The notes under the pieces were generated by a model. The model had not been told where the DNA came from. It did not search any database and was given only the letters and a program-made list of their open reading frames with translations. DNA of 64,000 nt from Candidatus Hodarchaeota archaeon (GTDB lineage: Archaea; Asgardarchaeota; Lokiarchaeia; Sigyniarchaeales; SOKP01), in the NCBI GenBank assembly GCA_048887225.1, contig JBHLJY010000001.1:32388-96387 (forward strand). Direction: 5' to 3'. The translations under genes were made by a program, and so were the position numbers. Below are positions 19,614-28,840 of this stretch, piece after piece (within the stretch, counting starts at the first letter, position 1; each line of letters begins with the position of its first letter).

Positions 19614-20189
19614 TTATCGCACGCGATCAAAAGCCCATTTTGCTTTCTCTGTTAATCCAAGTTTTTCGTATGATTTCCCAAGATACAAAAAAGCATCTGG
19701 AAATTTGTAAGTTTCTTTAATTATTTTAAATAAATGACTAATGGCTATATCATATCGTCCTTTAAAATAGAACGTTTTTCCTTTTAAGAAAGTAATAGTA
19801 TAGCTCATATCTTTTGATAGATTTTGACTTTCAAGTACGTTTAACTCTTCAAGTACTTTATCGTATTCTTTTTGTTCTATTAAGCTTTCAATAGCATCAA
19901 CCTGCTTTAAAAATACCATTTTTTCTGCGATTTTTTCGATTTTTGTTCTTTTTTGCATTCTCATTTGCTCTTCTACAGATAAATTTTTTTCTCTCGCTTT
20001 TTTCTCAATGAAATCTTTACTTTTAGCAACTATGTACGAATCGAAATCTCTATCACATAATGGACATTTTGGAGAATGAAGTAACCATTCTGCTAAACAT
20101 GTATCGTGAATAATATGTTGATTGGGACAATTATAGGTCTTATCAACACCTTCATTTATATCCATGTGACAAATTATACAAGAAGGCAT
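19614..20189 (-). CDS. RING-H2 zinc-finger protein with C-terminal TPR-like helical repeats
   Basis: CIIC-x13-C-PNQ-H-II-H-DT-C-x10-CPLC fits C-x2-C-x(9-39)-C-x(1-3)-H-x(2-3)-H-x2-C-x(4-48)-C-x2-C, including the CLAEW tryptophan and CPLC proline. C-terminus FYFKGRYDIAISHLFKII...AFLYLGKSYEKLGLTEKAKWAFDRV is TPR-like. ATG at 20189; the listed ORF starts at TTG 20219. Confidence 0.75.
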   Translation of the reverse strand: MPSCIICHMDINEGVDKTYNCPNQHIIHDTCLAEWLLHSPKCPLCDRDFDSYIVAKSKDFIEKKAREKNLSVEEQMRMQKRTKIEKIAEKMVFLKQVDAIESLIEQKEYDKVLEELNVLESQNLSKDMSYTITFLKGKTFYFKGRYDIAISHLFKIIKETYKFPDAFLYLGKSYEKLGLTEKAKWAFDRVR

Positions 20190-20359
20190 CTTCGGCTTAT
20201 TGACCGTTAATTTAAACAATTGATAAAATATATAGTAAATTAATAAAATTAAATTTTTTAAACAATATGATTTACTAAGATTTTTTTACTAATACTTTTT
20301 TACTAATATTGAACACGCAAAATGAATTCTTATACTTTTAATTTTGTGAGATTATTATT

Positions 20360-21925
20360 ATGGCATTAAATTTAACAAAATCATTTAACACATTATTAAA
20401 TAATTTTTTAGAAAAGAATAAAGAAGTTGAAGCTATAATAGTTTCTGACAGAGACGGACTTATCGTAGCAGGGGAAACTTCAAAAAAAGTTAATGTAGAA
20501 CTTATTTCTGTTTTAACTGCTGTCGTTAATCCAATTTTAGAACGAATTCGAGACGAATTCGCGTTTAAAAAGTTCGGAACAGCAAGTTTTGATACTGATG
20601 AGCATCGTTTACTATTTGTTTCTGTTGATGAAAACGTAACTTTAAGTTTAGTATTAAACACATTAGCTTCGATTGATAAAAATTCGCCTTATGCATATTT
20701 TCTTGCAGAAAAGACAGCTCAGATTATTAACGCCGATGAAGATGATGTAATTCAATTTGATATTCCCGATTTTGAATATGAAGGAGAAAGCGTTGAAAGA
20801 ATAAAAGACCAGATTTATCAATTAAGATTAGATACAGGTGGTAGATATCGGTTCAAATTTATCATAATTGGAGATCATTATGTCGGAAAGACGTCCATCG
20901 TGCGTCAATATGTTGATAAGAAATTTTCAAAAGATTATCGTGCAACGATTGGAATCAATATCTTATCTCATAGCTTTGAATTCTTTGGAAATGAAATAAA
21001 TTTATCTTTATGGGATATTGGGGCGCAGCAGTATTTCAAACGTTTCAGACGTACATATTACACGGGAACACAAGCTGCTTTTATCGTTTTTGACCTAACT
21101 AATCGCGAGTCTTTTGAAAATGCAAAAATGTGGTTTGATGAATTAATAAATTTTATAGGGCGAAAGGATTTGCCTATTGTTATTGTAGGAAATAAAACAG
21201 ATTTGAATGATCAAAGAGTAGTAAATTATGAAGAAGGAGTTAATTTAGCTACTAAATTGGCTGAAAAAGGAGTTTCTAAAATATCTTATATTGAAACAAG
21301 CGCCTTGACAGGTGAAAATATTGACGATGCGTTTAGTTTAATTTCCTATCATTATATAATGAAAAATAAAGAAGCAGAAGAAGAATTATTAAAGGATGCA
21401 TTAATAAACGAAATCAATTGTATTTTAACGAATAAGGATAATTTAACGCTTACCTTTATTACAGAAAACACTTTCTGGAATCCTGGCTTACAAATTATGG
21501 GTGAATTAAATAAGCTAGGAGAATATTCAAAAGTTGTAGATACTAAAGAAGAAAAAATATTTAAATATTCAAATGGATTAGTTTTAAAAAGTAATTTATT
21601 TGACTCTATAGATTTATCTGATTCAGATGGCGCTTTTTGCATATTTGACGCTCGTGATAAGGAGCATATCGATCCTAAATGGAAGGATATCGTAATAAAC
21701 ATTATAGATAGCATACAGGAAAATAAGGTCGTATTAATAGGTGTAAGAGTAGAAGCTGAAAAAATAGACTGGTCAATTTTAATGGAAGAATTTGACGTTA
21801 ACGAGCAATTGGAAAAAAAAATGGTGTCGCTTTTATTCTTTAAGATTGGCATTGAATATCGCTTAGAGATCTATGATCAATTAGAAGTTATGTTAAATAC
21901 CATAAAAACTATTAGTCAAAATTAA
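20360..21925 (+). CDS. Roadblock/LC7-like domain + Rab/Ras-like small GTPase + C-terminal degenerate GTPase-like domain
   Basis: N-terminus VEAIIVSDRDGLIVAGETS...LLFVSVDENVTLSLVL is roadblock-like. G1 GDHYVGKTS, G3 WDIGAQQ, G4 GNKTD, G5 ETSAL. The C-terminal region (about aa 340-521) parallels the G domain but lacks the P-loop and NKxD. Confidence 0.8.
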   Translation: MALNLTKSFNTLLNNFLEKNKEVEAIIVSDRDGLIVAGETSKKVNVELISVLTAVVNPILERIRDEFAFKKFGTASFDTDEHRLLFVSVDENVTLSLVLNTLASIDKNSPYAYFLAEKTAQIINADEDDVIQFDIPDFEYEGESVERIKDQIYQLRLDTGGRYRFKFIIIGDHYVGKTSIVRQYVDKKFSKDYRATIGINILSHSFEFFGNEINLSLWDIGAQQYFKRFRRTYYTGTQAAFIVFDLTNRESFENAKMWFDELINFIGRKDLPIVIVGNKTDLNDQRVVNYEEGVNLATKLAEKGVSKISYIETSALTGENIDDAFSLISYHYIMKNKEAEEELLKDALINEINCILTNKDNLTLTFITENTFWNPGLQIMGELNKLGEYSKVVDTKEEKIFKYSNGLVLKSNLFDSIDLSDSDGAFCIFDARDKEHIDPKWKDIVINIIDSIQENKVVLIGVRVEAEKIDWSILMEEFDVNEQLEKKMVSLLFFKIGIEYRLEIYDQLEVMLNTIKTISQN

Positions 21926-22192
21926 CGAATTTTTACAAATTTAACTCCTTTTTAGTATTATTTCCCTGTTTCTTGATTGTTTTTTATATATTAATCATGT
22001 TTTAATAAAAAATAAGAGAAAGATAAAAATTGTCTATTCCACAAAATAAGTTCAGAACTGATAACAATTTGAATCATCGAATTAATTAATATTATAAAAA
22101 TGGTGAATCACAATAATTAAAGGATTCAGAGGAAAGTTCTTAAAAGTAAACTTAACTATGAATGAAATCTAAAGAAATTATCATAATCAACA

Positions 22193-22861
22193 ATGGCCAA
22201 TAAAGAGATATTAAGGATTAGAGCAGATAAAGATCAAATTAAAAACATGTACACAAAATTAAGTAAGTTTTATGGACTTATTGAATGGTTTGAGAGGCAA
22301 CTTAGGAAGAAAGCTATAAAATTTTTAAACCCTAGTAAAGGTGAAATTGTGTTGGAGATTGGTTTTGGAAGGGGCGCCTCTCTAGTCGAAATTTCTAAAG
22401 CTGTAGGTGAAACTGGAAAAGTATATGGCATTGATTTAACTCCTGAAATGATCAAACTGTCTAAAAAGATATTAACAAAAAAGAGAATGTTAAATCGGGT
22501 AGAATTAAGAGAAGGAGATGCTCGACAATTACCTTATGAAAATAATGTGTTTGATGGGGTTTACATCGCAAGTACTCTTGAATTATTCGACACCCCCGAT
22601 ATACCCCTTGTTTTGAAAGAAATTAAAAGAGTATTAAAACCTAATGGGAAGTTATGTGTGGTAAGTATTCCGAAGGAAGATCGAGAGAAATCTTTTGGAG
22701 TTAAACTTTACGAATGGTCGCATAGGACATTCCAAAAATATGCAAGTTGCCGACCGATATATGTTGAAGACTCTATAAAAAACACTGGATATAAGATAAC
22801 AAAAACAGAAATAATCGGTAAACTTTTTCCAATGAAAATTGTAATTGCCATGCCTTTATAG
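22193..22861 (+). CDS. Class I SAM-dependent methyltransferase (UbiE/Methyltransf_11-like)
   Basis: Motif I VLEIGFGRGASL, post-I YGIDLTPEMI, and KPNGKLCVVS. Confidence 0.8.
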   Translation: MANKEILRIRADKDQIKNMYTKLSKFYGLIEWFERQLRKKAIKFLNPSKGEIVLEIGFGRGASLVEISKAVGETGKVYGIDLTPEMIKLSKKILTKKRMLNRVELREGDARQLPYENNVFDGVYIASTLELFDTPDIPLVLKEIKRVLKPNGKLCVVSIPKEDREKSFGVKLYEWSHRTFQKYASCRPIYVEDSIKNTGYKITKTEIIGKLFPMKIVIAMPL

Positions 22862-22876
22862 TAATTTATTTCAAAT

Positions 22877-23938
22877 CTATTTCTTCAAAATAATCTTTAG
22901 TTTTTCTGAGATTAAATCTCCCATCTCGTTTGTTGATAGAGTTTTAAGATTAGGATTTTTAATATCAACAGTTCTACCTTCTCTAAGAGCCTCTTCAACT
23001 GCCATCTCAATCTCATTTCCTATTTTTGAGTTAAAAGATTCTTGCAACATTAATTTGATGCTTAAAATCGTGCCAATAGGATTTGCGATATTTTTTCCAG
23101 CTATGTCGGGAGCAGAACCATGTATAGGTTCGTACATAGAGACTTTATTTGGGTGAATATTCCCGCTTGAGGCCATTCCTAAACTTCCAATAAGAAATGC
23201 TGCCTCATCGCTAATGATGTCTCCGAACATATTTCCAGTTACAACTGTTTTATATGCGTGCGGTGTTCGGATAAGCCATTGACAAAACGCATCAACATAC
23301 ACATCTTCTTTTTGAATATTAGGATAATCCTCACCTATTTCATGAAAAATCTTACGCCACAATTGGCTGGGTTTTAGAATATTAGCCTTATCCACTGAGG
23401 TTATTTTATTATGGCCCATTTTTTTTGCAAATTCAAATCCATATTTTATAATTCGTTCACAACCTTTACGGGTATAAAGCATTATGTTCTGAGCTTCATC
23501 TTCTTTTAAATAACCAATATTTTTATAAAGACCCTCTGTATTTTCTCTAATAAAATATATATCGATACCATCACCAACAAATTCATCCTTCAAGGGACAA
23601 CGATCTTTTATGACGTCATATAATTTAACTGGTCGTAAATTTACATACAAGTCTAACCATTGCCTAATCCTTAATATCGCATATTCGGCAACGCCTTGTG
23701 GTAAACCTGGAATCCCAATCGCCCCAAATAATAATGCATCGGAATTCTTTATTGTTTCAAATGATTTTTTAGGCAAACTATCTCCGTATTTCTTCCATAT
23801 CGAGCCTCCTGCAGGAGCTTCTTGAAATTCAAATTCAAATTCAGTATAATTGTTGATAATCTTTAATATTTTAAGACCCTCGTCCACAACCTCAGGTCCG
23901 ATTCCATCACCTTTACAGAAGGAAATGATTTTTTTCAT
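22877..23938 (-). CDS. Isopropylmalate/isocitrate/homoisocitrate dehydrogenase family (beta-decarboxylating dehydrogenase)
   Basis: NLRPVK, IRENTEGLY, NMFGDIISDEAAFLIGSLGMASSGN and EPIHGSAPDIAGKNIANP motifs. Substrate not assignable by eye. Confidence 0.8.
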   Translation of the reverse strand: MKKIISFCKGDGIGPEVVDEGLKILKIINNYTEFEFEFQEAPAGGSIWKKYGDSLPKKSFETIKNSDALLFGAIGIPGLPQGVAEYAILRIRQWLDLYVNLRPVKLYDVIKDRCPLKDEFVGDGIDIYFIRENTEGLYKNIGYLKEDEAQNIMLYTRKGCERIIKYGFEFAKKMGHNKITSVDKANILKPSQLWRKIFHEIGEDYPNIQKEDVYVDAFCQWLIRTPHAYKTVVTGNMFGDIISDEAAFLIGSLGMASSGNIHPNKVSMYEPIHGSAPDIAGKNIANPIGTILSIKLMLQESFNSKIGNEIEMAVEEALREGRTVDIKNPNLKTLSTNEMGDLISEKLKIILKK

Positions 23939-24169
23939 TATAAGTTAGATCTCTTGAACTCTATTTGGTGTTATGAAATAATAAAGAACAGCGATTTAAG
24001 AGATTTTTTAAAAAAGTACCAAGGATGTCTAGAGCTAATTCTATAATGATAGTAATTGGTAAGAAAAATATTTGAATCATATGGGCGATAGTTTTGCATA
24101 GAAGGATTTTTAAATATGATTATTCAATTATTTATTATCTAAAATTTAATTTAGAAAAATAATAATAAG

Positions 24170-25843
24170 GTGTCCAAAACGGATTATCTTATAAGAAAAT
24201 ACTATTTTTTGGCTGCTTTTTGTCTTATTCTTGTTATTTCAAGCGTAATTATCTATAATAATCAAGACAAGATGAGTATAAATCTGGAAAATTCCAACGA
24301 CTCTGAGTTAGCAGTAGAACCACCCCGCTCAAGCGCGATATATAAAGTATTCTGGGAAAAGAATGGATCCGCAATTTGTAATCTATACCATACCGAGAGC
24401 CATGATCCTCAAGTGTGTTCTGACGGAGCTGGTGGCGCAATCATTGTATGGGTAGATAATAGGTCTGGAGATACAGATCTTAATATTTATGCTCAGAGAA
24501 TTGATAAAAATGGAATACATAAATGGGGCGCTAATGGCACTATTATTTGTAATAAAGAAGGAAGTGTATATACACCCAAAATATGCAGTGATGGGAACGG
24601 AGGAGCAATAATAGCATGGTTAGATTACAGAACTACCTGTGGTGATATTTATGCTCAGAGAATTGATAAATATGGAAAGACAAAATGGGAGGCTAACGGT
24701 ACTGTTATTCGTAATGCACTTAACGACGCAAAAGATTTAAACATATGTGAAGATGGTAATTATGGAGCAATCATTGCTTGGTCAGACAGCCGAACTTTAA
24801 TCTGGGATATATATGCTCAAAAGATTACTTATAATGGTGATAAAGAATGGAAAGATAATGGAATCGTAATAAGCAATTCGACTATAAGTAAAGGTTATCT
24901 TGAGATGAAAGGAGATAATCAAGGTAATGCGTATTTTTGTTGGCAGGATAATGATGATTATGATATTTATGCCCATAAAATTGACTCAACTGGAAAGACT
25001 ATTTGGAGGAATAATGGAACCGTAGTATGTAATCATACAAATACTCAATTTAATCCTCATTTATGCATTGACGAAGATGGAGGTGCCATAATAATATGGG
25101 AAGATTGGAGGAATGAATATGTGAGTAGTTGTGATATCTACGCTCAACGTATTAATTCAACGGGTCATAGGTTGTGGAAGGAGGGAACAAATGATTACAA
25201 TGGAACAAAAATTTGTGATAATGCTAAGGAAGATTTTTCGCCTCATATATGCAGCGACAGATCAGGTGGCGCTATTATCGCATGGGAATTCAATTCGTCA
25301 ATCTCAGGTGAACTTGACATTCATGTTCAGAAAATCGATAAAAATGGGATTAGGAAATGGGGCAACCAAGGAATAACCATATCTAATGAAACTAGTGATC
25401 AAAACTACCCTCTTATTTGTAGTGATGGCTTCGGTGGTGCCATTATTGCATGGACTAATGATAACGTAGATCCATTGGAATATGACATCTATGCACAACA
25501 TATAACTGCTGCAAAGACTCAAATGTGGGGCGCAAATGGAACTGCCGTATGTAATGCGATATATGATCAAGGAGAAGAACTGGATGTATGTAGTGATGGG
25601 CTTGGAGGAGCGCTTTTTACCTGGGGTGATTACCGAGTAGATGATATAAGCCACCAAGATATATATGCCCAGAGAATCGGATATCCCACATCCATAACTA
25701 AATATTTACCAACCGCTGATGACGATGATGATGACGATGAAGAACAAGCTATCCCAGGAATTAATCCAATTACAATCCTAATCCCAATCTGCTGTGGTAT
25801 AGGAATTACATATATTTTAATTCGAAAGCGATTAAAAACCTAA
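24170..25843 (+). CDS. Membrane-anchored repeat protein, 8 tandem units of about 55-60 aa (probable beta-propeller)
   Basis: GTG start, N-terminal hydrophobic anchor FLAAFCLILVISSVIIY. Eight repeats of DIYAQRIDKNG..KWG.NGT.ICN....P.ICSDG.GGAIIAW. Then DDDDDDDEE + PGI + TM ITILIPICCGIGITYILI + RKRLKT. Confidence 0.7.
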   Translation: MSKTDYLIRKYYFLAAFCLILVISSVIIYNNQDKMSINLENSNDSELAVEPPRSSAIYKVFWEKNGSAICNLYHTESHDPQVCSDGAGGAIIVWVDNRSGDTDLNIYAQRIDKNGIHKWGANGTIICNKEGSVYTPKICSDGNGGAIIAWLDYRTTCGDIYAQRIDKYGKTKWEANGTVIRNALNDAKDLNICEDGNYGAIIAWSDSRTLIWDIYAQKITYNGDKEWKDNGIVISNSTISKGYLEMKGDNQGNAYFCWQDNDDYDIYAHKIDSTGKTIWRNNGTVVCNHTNTQFNPHLCIDEDGGAIIIWEDWRNEYVSSCDIYAQRINSTGHRLWKEGTNDYNGTKICDNAKEDFSPHICSDRSGGAIIAWEFNSSISGELDIHVQKIDKNGIRKWGNQGITISNETSDQNYPLICSDGFGGAIIAWTNDNVDPLEYDIYAQHITAAKTQMWGANGTAVCNAIYDQGEELDVCSDGLGGALFTWGDYRVDDISHQDIYAQRIGYPTSITKYLPTADDDDDDDEEQAIPGINPITILIPICCGIGITYILIRKRLKT

Positions 25844-26182
25844 TAATTAATTATTTTCCTTTTTTTAATTTTTCGTAATGTTTGGATCAACATAAATCCT
25901 TCAACATTTTACTAGAAAGGATAATAATTCTCTTCGGACAGAGCTTGCGCTATTTATTTATGATCGAGATCTCTGATCTAATGGCTCGGTTTATATCACG
26001 TGGGCTTTCTTGTAGGACATCGCAATTTTGTCGAGCGGTCGATCTTTGAAAATTTATTAACCCAAACATACTCTATCGAGAAATTTACGCAATCTTTAAA
26101 TATTTGAACGAAATATTATTATTTAATGGAGTTCATGTTAAAAAATATGAACTTTGCATTAAGAATTTTAAAAATATAATAT

Positions 26183-26187
26183 GGAGG
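26183..26187 (+). promoter_or_regulatory. Shine-Dalgarno-like GGAGG upstream of histone ATG
   Basis: ggagg lies 9 nt upstream of the ATG at 26197 (atatggaggaataaaaaaATG). Confidence 0.4.
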
Positions 26188-26196
26188 AATAAAAAA

Positions 26197-26409
26197 ATGG
26201 CTAAAAAAGTTTTTGCCTGGAGTCCAGTCCGTAAGTTAATGAAAGACAATGGTGCTGAAATGGTTGCTCGAGACGCTGTAGATGCCTTGATTGATTATTT
26301 AGAGAAAACTGCGAAAAATGTTACTAATAAAGCTTTAGAAATGACTCGACATGCTGGAAGAAAAAAGCTCACACTAGAAGATATGGGCCTGGCAATGAAG
26401 TTGATGTAA
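26197..26409 (+). CDS. Archaeal histone (HMf family histone fold)
   Basis: MAKKVFAWSPVRKLMKDNGAEMVARDAVDALIDYLEKTAKNVTNKALEMTRHAGRKKLTLEDMGLAMKLM, 70 aa with the RHAGRK-T/L signature. The listed ORF start (TTG 26104) adds an implausible 31-aa extension. Confidence 0.85.
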   Translation: MAKKVFAWSPVRKLMKDNGAEMVARDAVDALIDYLEKTAKNVTNKALEMTRHAGRKKLTLEDMGLAMKLM

Positions 26410-26439
26410 GAATGGTAACAATCTACTTATTATAACAAA

Positions 26440-26449
26440 TTTTTTTTTT
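26440..26449 (+). terminator. Oligo-T tract downstream of histone gene (candidate archaeal intrinsic terminator)
   Basis: Run of 10 T about 30 nt after the histone stop, between convergent genes. Archaeal termination typically uses oligo-T. Confidence 0.35.
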
Positions 26450-26459
26450 ATTTTATAAT

Positions 26460-27251
26460 CTAGGAATTATTTACATTTAGTTTACTTTCAGCGATTTTTC
26501 TCTCATTAATATCTTGTAATATTACTTGTATATAAGTTTCTTGCTCAATCTTTACAGTGTGAGCGTAAATCGTGTTCCAAATTAAATTTCTTTCACTGTC
26601 ATATAACTGTATATCAATAGGTTCGATTTCTGATTTTTCGAAGAGTTCAACAAATTTCCTATTTAAGAGAGATTTATATTCTTTTGGAACTATGTTAATT
26701 AACTCCCGAAAGTTTTGTCCCAATATTTCCTCTCTAAGATATCCATAATCTTCTAATTTGCGATTTATATCCACAATTATTCCATTTTCGTCTAATATTA
26801 TTACAATAAAAGGAATATATTCAAATAATTGACGATACTTGACTTCTGATTGAATTAATTTTTTTTTAATTTCTCTTTTATCTGAAATATCCTTTGAAAG
26901 GAAGAACATCTTATATGTGGAATCTTGACTTTTATAATAATACCCACGAACTTCAAACCATTTATAAGTTCCATCTTTAAGCCTGAATCTTATCTCCACC
27001 TTTCCTTTTCTATCAAATAAATCTCTAAATTGTTGTGGAGTTATTATATCATCGGGATGCATTAAATCAAATGAGGTCTTTCCAATTAAATCATCTTTGG
27101 TATATCCCATGATTGTTTTATATGTAGACTCATTAATCCAAAGAAATTCAAATTTATTGTTTAGTAAGGTAATTAATTCATTTGATCCTTCAAATATAAA
27201 ATTCAATATATTATATAGTTGAGGTATAGCTCTCTCTGATCCTTGTTCCAT
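26460..27251 (-). CDS. Tandem PAS-domain protein without recognisable output domain
   Basis: Two PAS-like units (NESTYKTIMGYTKDDLIGKTSFDLMHPDD...; DINRKLEDYGYLREEILGQNFRELI...). 263 aa, with no kinase or HTH motif seen. Confidence 0.75.
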   Translation of the reverse strand: MEQGSERAIPQLYNILNFIFEGSNELITLLNNKFEFLWINESTYKTIMGYTKDDLIGKTSFDLMHPDDIITPQQFRDLFDRKGKVEIRFRLKDGTYKWFEVRGYYYKSQDSTYKMFFLSKDISDKREIKKKLIQSEVKYRQLFEYIPFIVIILDENGIIVDINRKLEDYGYLREEILGQNFRELINIVPKEYKSLLNRKFVELFEKSEIEPIDIQLYDSERNLIWNTIYAHTVKIEQETYIQVILQDINERKIAESKLNVNNS

Positions 27252-27527
27252 AATTATTATCCCTTTTTTTAAGAAAAAATTCCTTAATATTATAAAATAT
27301 TTCTTGAGTTGTTTGTAATAAAAAAAAAGTATTCTTTTTTAATTATTTTCTTTAACTGTTCTGTATAAGATATTGACACGAATTAACTTATCGATAATAA
27401 TTTTTAACAGAATTTTATGAAATCAGAAAAACATTGAAAACTATAAAAAACTAAAGAAAGAATTATATTTCATTACAAATTAAAAACAGAAAATATAGTT
27501 GAAAATAATAATTTAAGGTAGGAGAAA

Positions 27528-28727
27528 ATGTGGTATTTTCTTAGTCCTCAAATAATGTATGGAGAAGGTGCTTTAGACTTTTTAGAAAATATTTCTGGTG
27601 AGAAGTGTTTTATAGTCACAGACAAAAACTTGGAAGAATTAGGATATTTAAAGATATTAACAGATAAATTAGAAAAATTCGGAAAACAATTTAAAGTATT
27701 CAACGAAGTTGTTCCAGATCCTCACGAAGACGACGTTTTGAAAGCAAGGGAACAGTGTTTATTGTATAAACCTAATTTAATTCTTGCTTTAGGTGGAGGC
27801 TCTGTTATAGATTCTGCCAGGGCTGTGTGGTTCTTATATGAATTCCCCGACTTAAATCTTGATGATATACACGTGCTTAATCCAATAATATATAATATAG
27901 GGAAAAAGTCAAAATTTATAGCAATCCCAACTACTTCGGGGACAGGAGCAGAAGCAACAAACGTTAGTGTCATCTCTAGATTCGTAAATGATATTTGGAT
28001 GAAATATTTTTATTTACATAAAAGTTTGATTCCTACATACGCCTTAGTCGATCCAATTTTTCCTAAAGGAATGCCCCCTAAATTAACTACATATACTGCT
28101 TTTGATGCGCTGTCACATGCAATCGAGGGTATGGTTTCTCTTTGGAAAAACGAGTTTAGTTATGCTTTAGGGTTAAAAGCTATAGAACTTATTTTTAAAT
28201 GGTTGCCTATCGCTTATAAAGATGGCAATAACATGGAAGCGAGAAATTTTCTACATCAAGCAGCAACAATGGCTGGACAAGCTGTAAATAATGGGCAAGT
28301 TCATATAGGACATACAATGGGTCATACTTGGGGAGCTGTTTTTCACACTTCGCATGGACAAGCAGTTGGTATTTTTCTATTATATGTCACTCAGTTTGCC
28401 TTGAATAATCCCGACGATCGGGAAAAAACAGTTGAAACTTATGCCAAAATGGCAAAACAATTAGGATGGGCCAAATGGGATGATGATGATAAGAAGGCTG
28501 CTTATACAGTTATAGATAAAATTAAAGAACTACAAAAAGAAGTTGATTTTTCTCATAGGCTAAGTGATTTAGGAATAACAAGGGAAGATCTTGAAGAAAA
28601 CTTAGATCAGTTAGTTGGTATATGTTATCAAGATCCCAGTGGAGTTTTAACTCCGAGAACCCCAAGCGGAGAAGATTATAAAAATATTTACAGGTACGCT
28701 TTCGAAGGAAAAGATATTGACTTTTAA
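27528..28727 (+). CDS. Iron-containing alcohol dehydrogenase (Fe-ADH family)
   Basis: ILALGGGSVIDSARA, IAIPTTSGTGAEAT, and metal-binding His cluster region FDALSHAIEG...HIGHTMGHTWG. Confidence 0.85.
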   Translation: MWYFLSPQIMYGEGALDFLENISGEKCFIVTDKNLEELGYLKILTDKLEKFGKQFKVFNEVVPDPHEDDVLKAREQCLLYKPNLILALGGGSVIDSARAVWFLYEFPDLNLDDIHVLNPIIYNIGKKSKFIAIPTTSGTGAEATNVSVISRFVNDIWMKYFYLHKSLIPTYALVDPIFPKGMPPKLTTYTAFDALSHAIEGMVSLWKNEFSYALGLKAIELIFKWLPIAYKDGNNMEARNFLHQAATMAGQAVNNGQVHIGHTMGHTWGAVFHTSHGQAVGIFLLYVTQFALNNPDDREKTVETYAKMAKQLGWAKWDDDDKKAAYTVIDKIKELQKEVDFSHRLSDLGITREDLEENLDQLVGICYQDPSGVLTPRTPSGEDYKNIYRYAFEGKDIDF

Positions 28728-28840
28728 ATTTAATTTTTTTTCTTTTTTCTCAATTAAATTGAATTTACTTTCCATGTAAGTTTAATTATTCCTTAATATC
28801 CTATTTGTGGAACAAAATTAATAGAAAATATTTAAGAACT

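Noticed and set aside
22845-23156. 103-aa plus-strand ORF bridging the methyltransferase stop and the 3' end of the dehydrogenase gene
   Set aside because: It is almost entirely antisense to the well-supported IPMDH-family gene, with hydrophobic low-complexity sequence.
26104-26196. Longer histone ORF starting at TTG 26104
   Set aside because: The 31-aa extension has no histone-fold counterpart. The ATG at 26197 is preceded by GGAGG and yields a canonical 70-aa archaeal histone.
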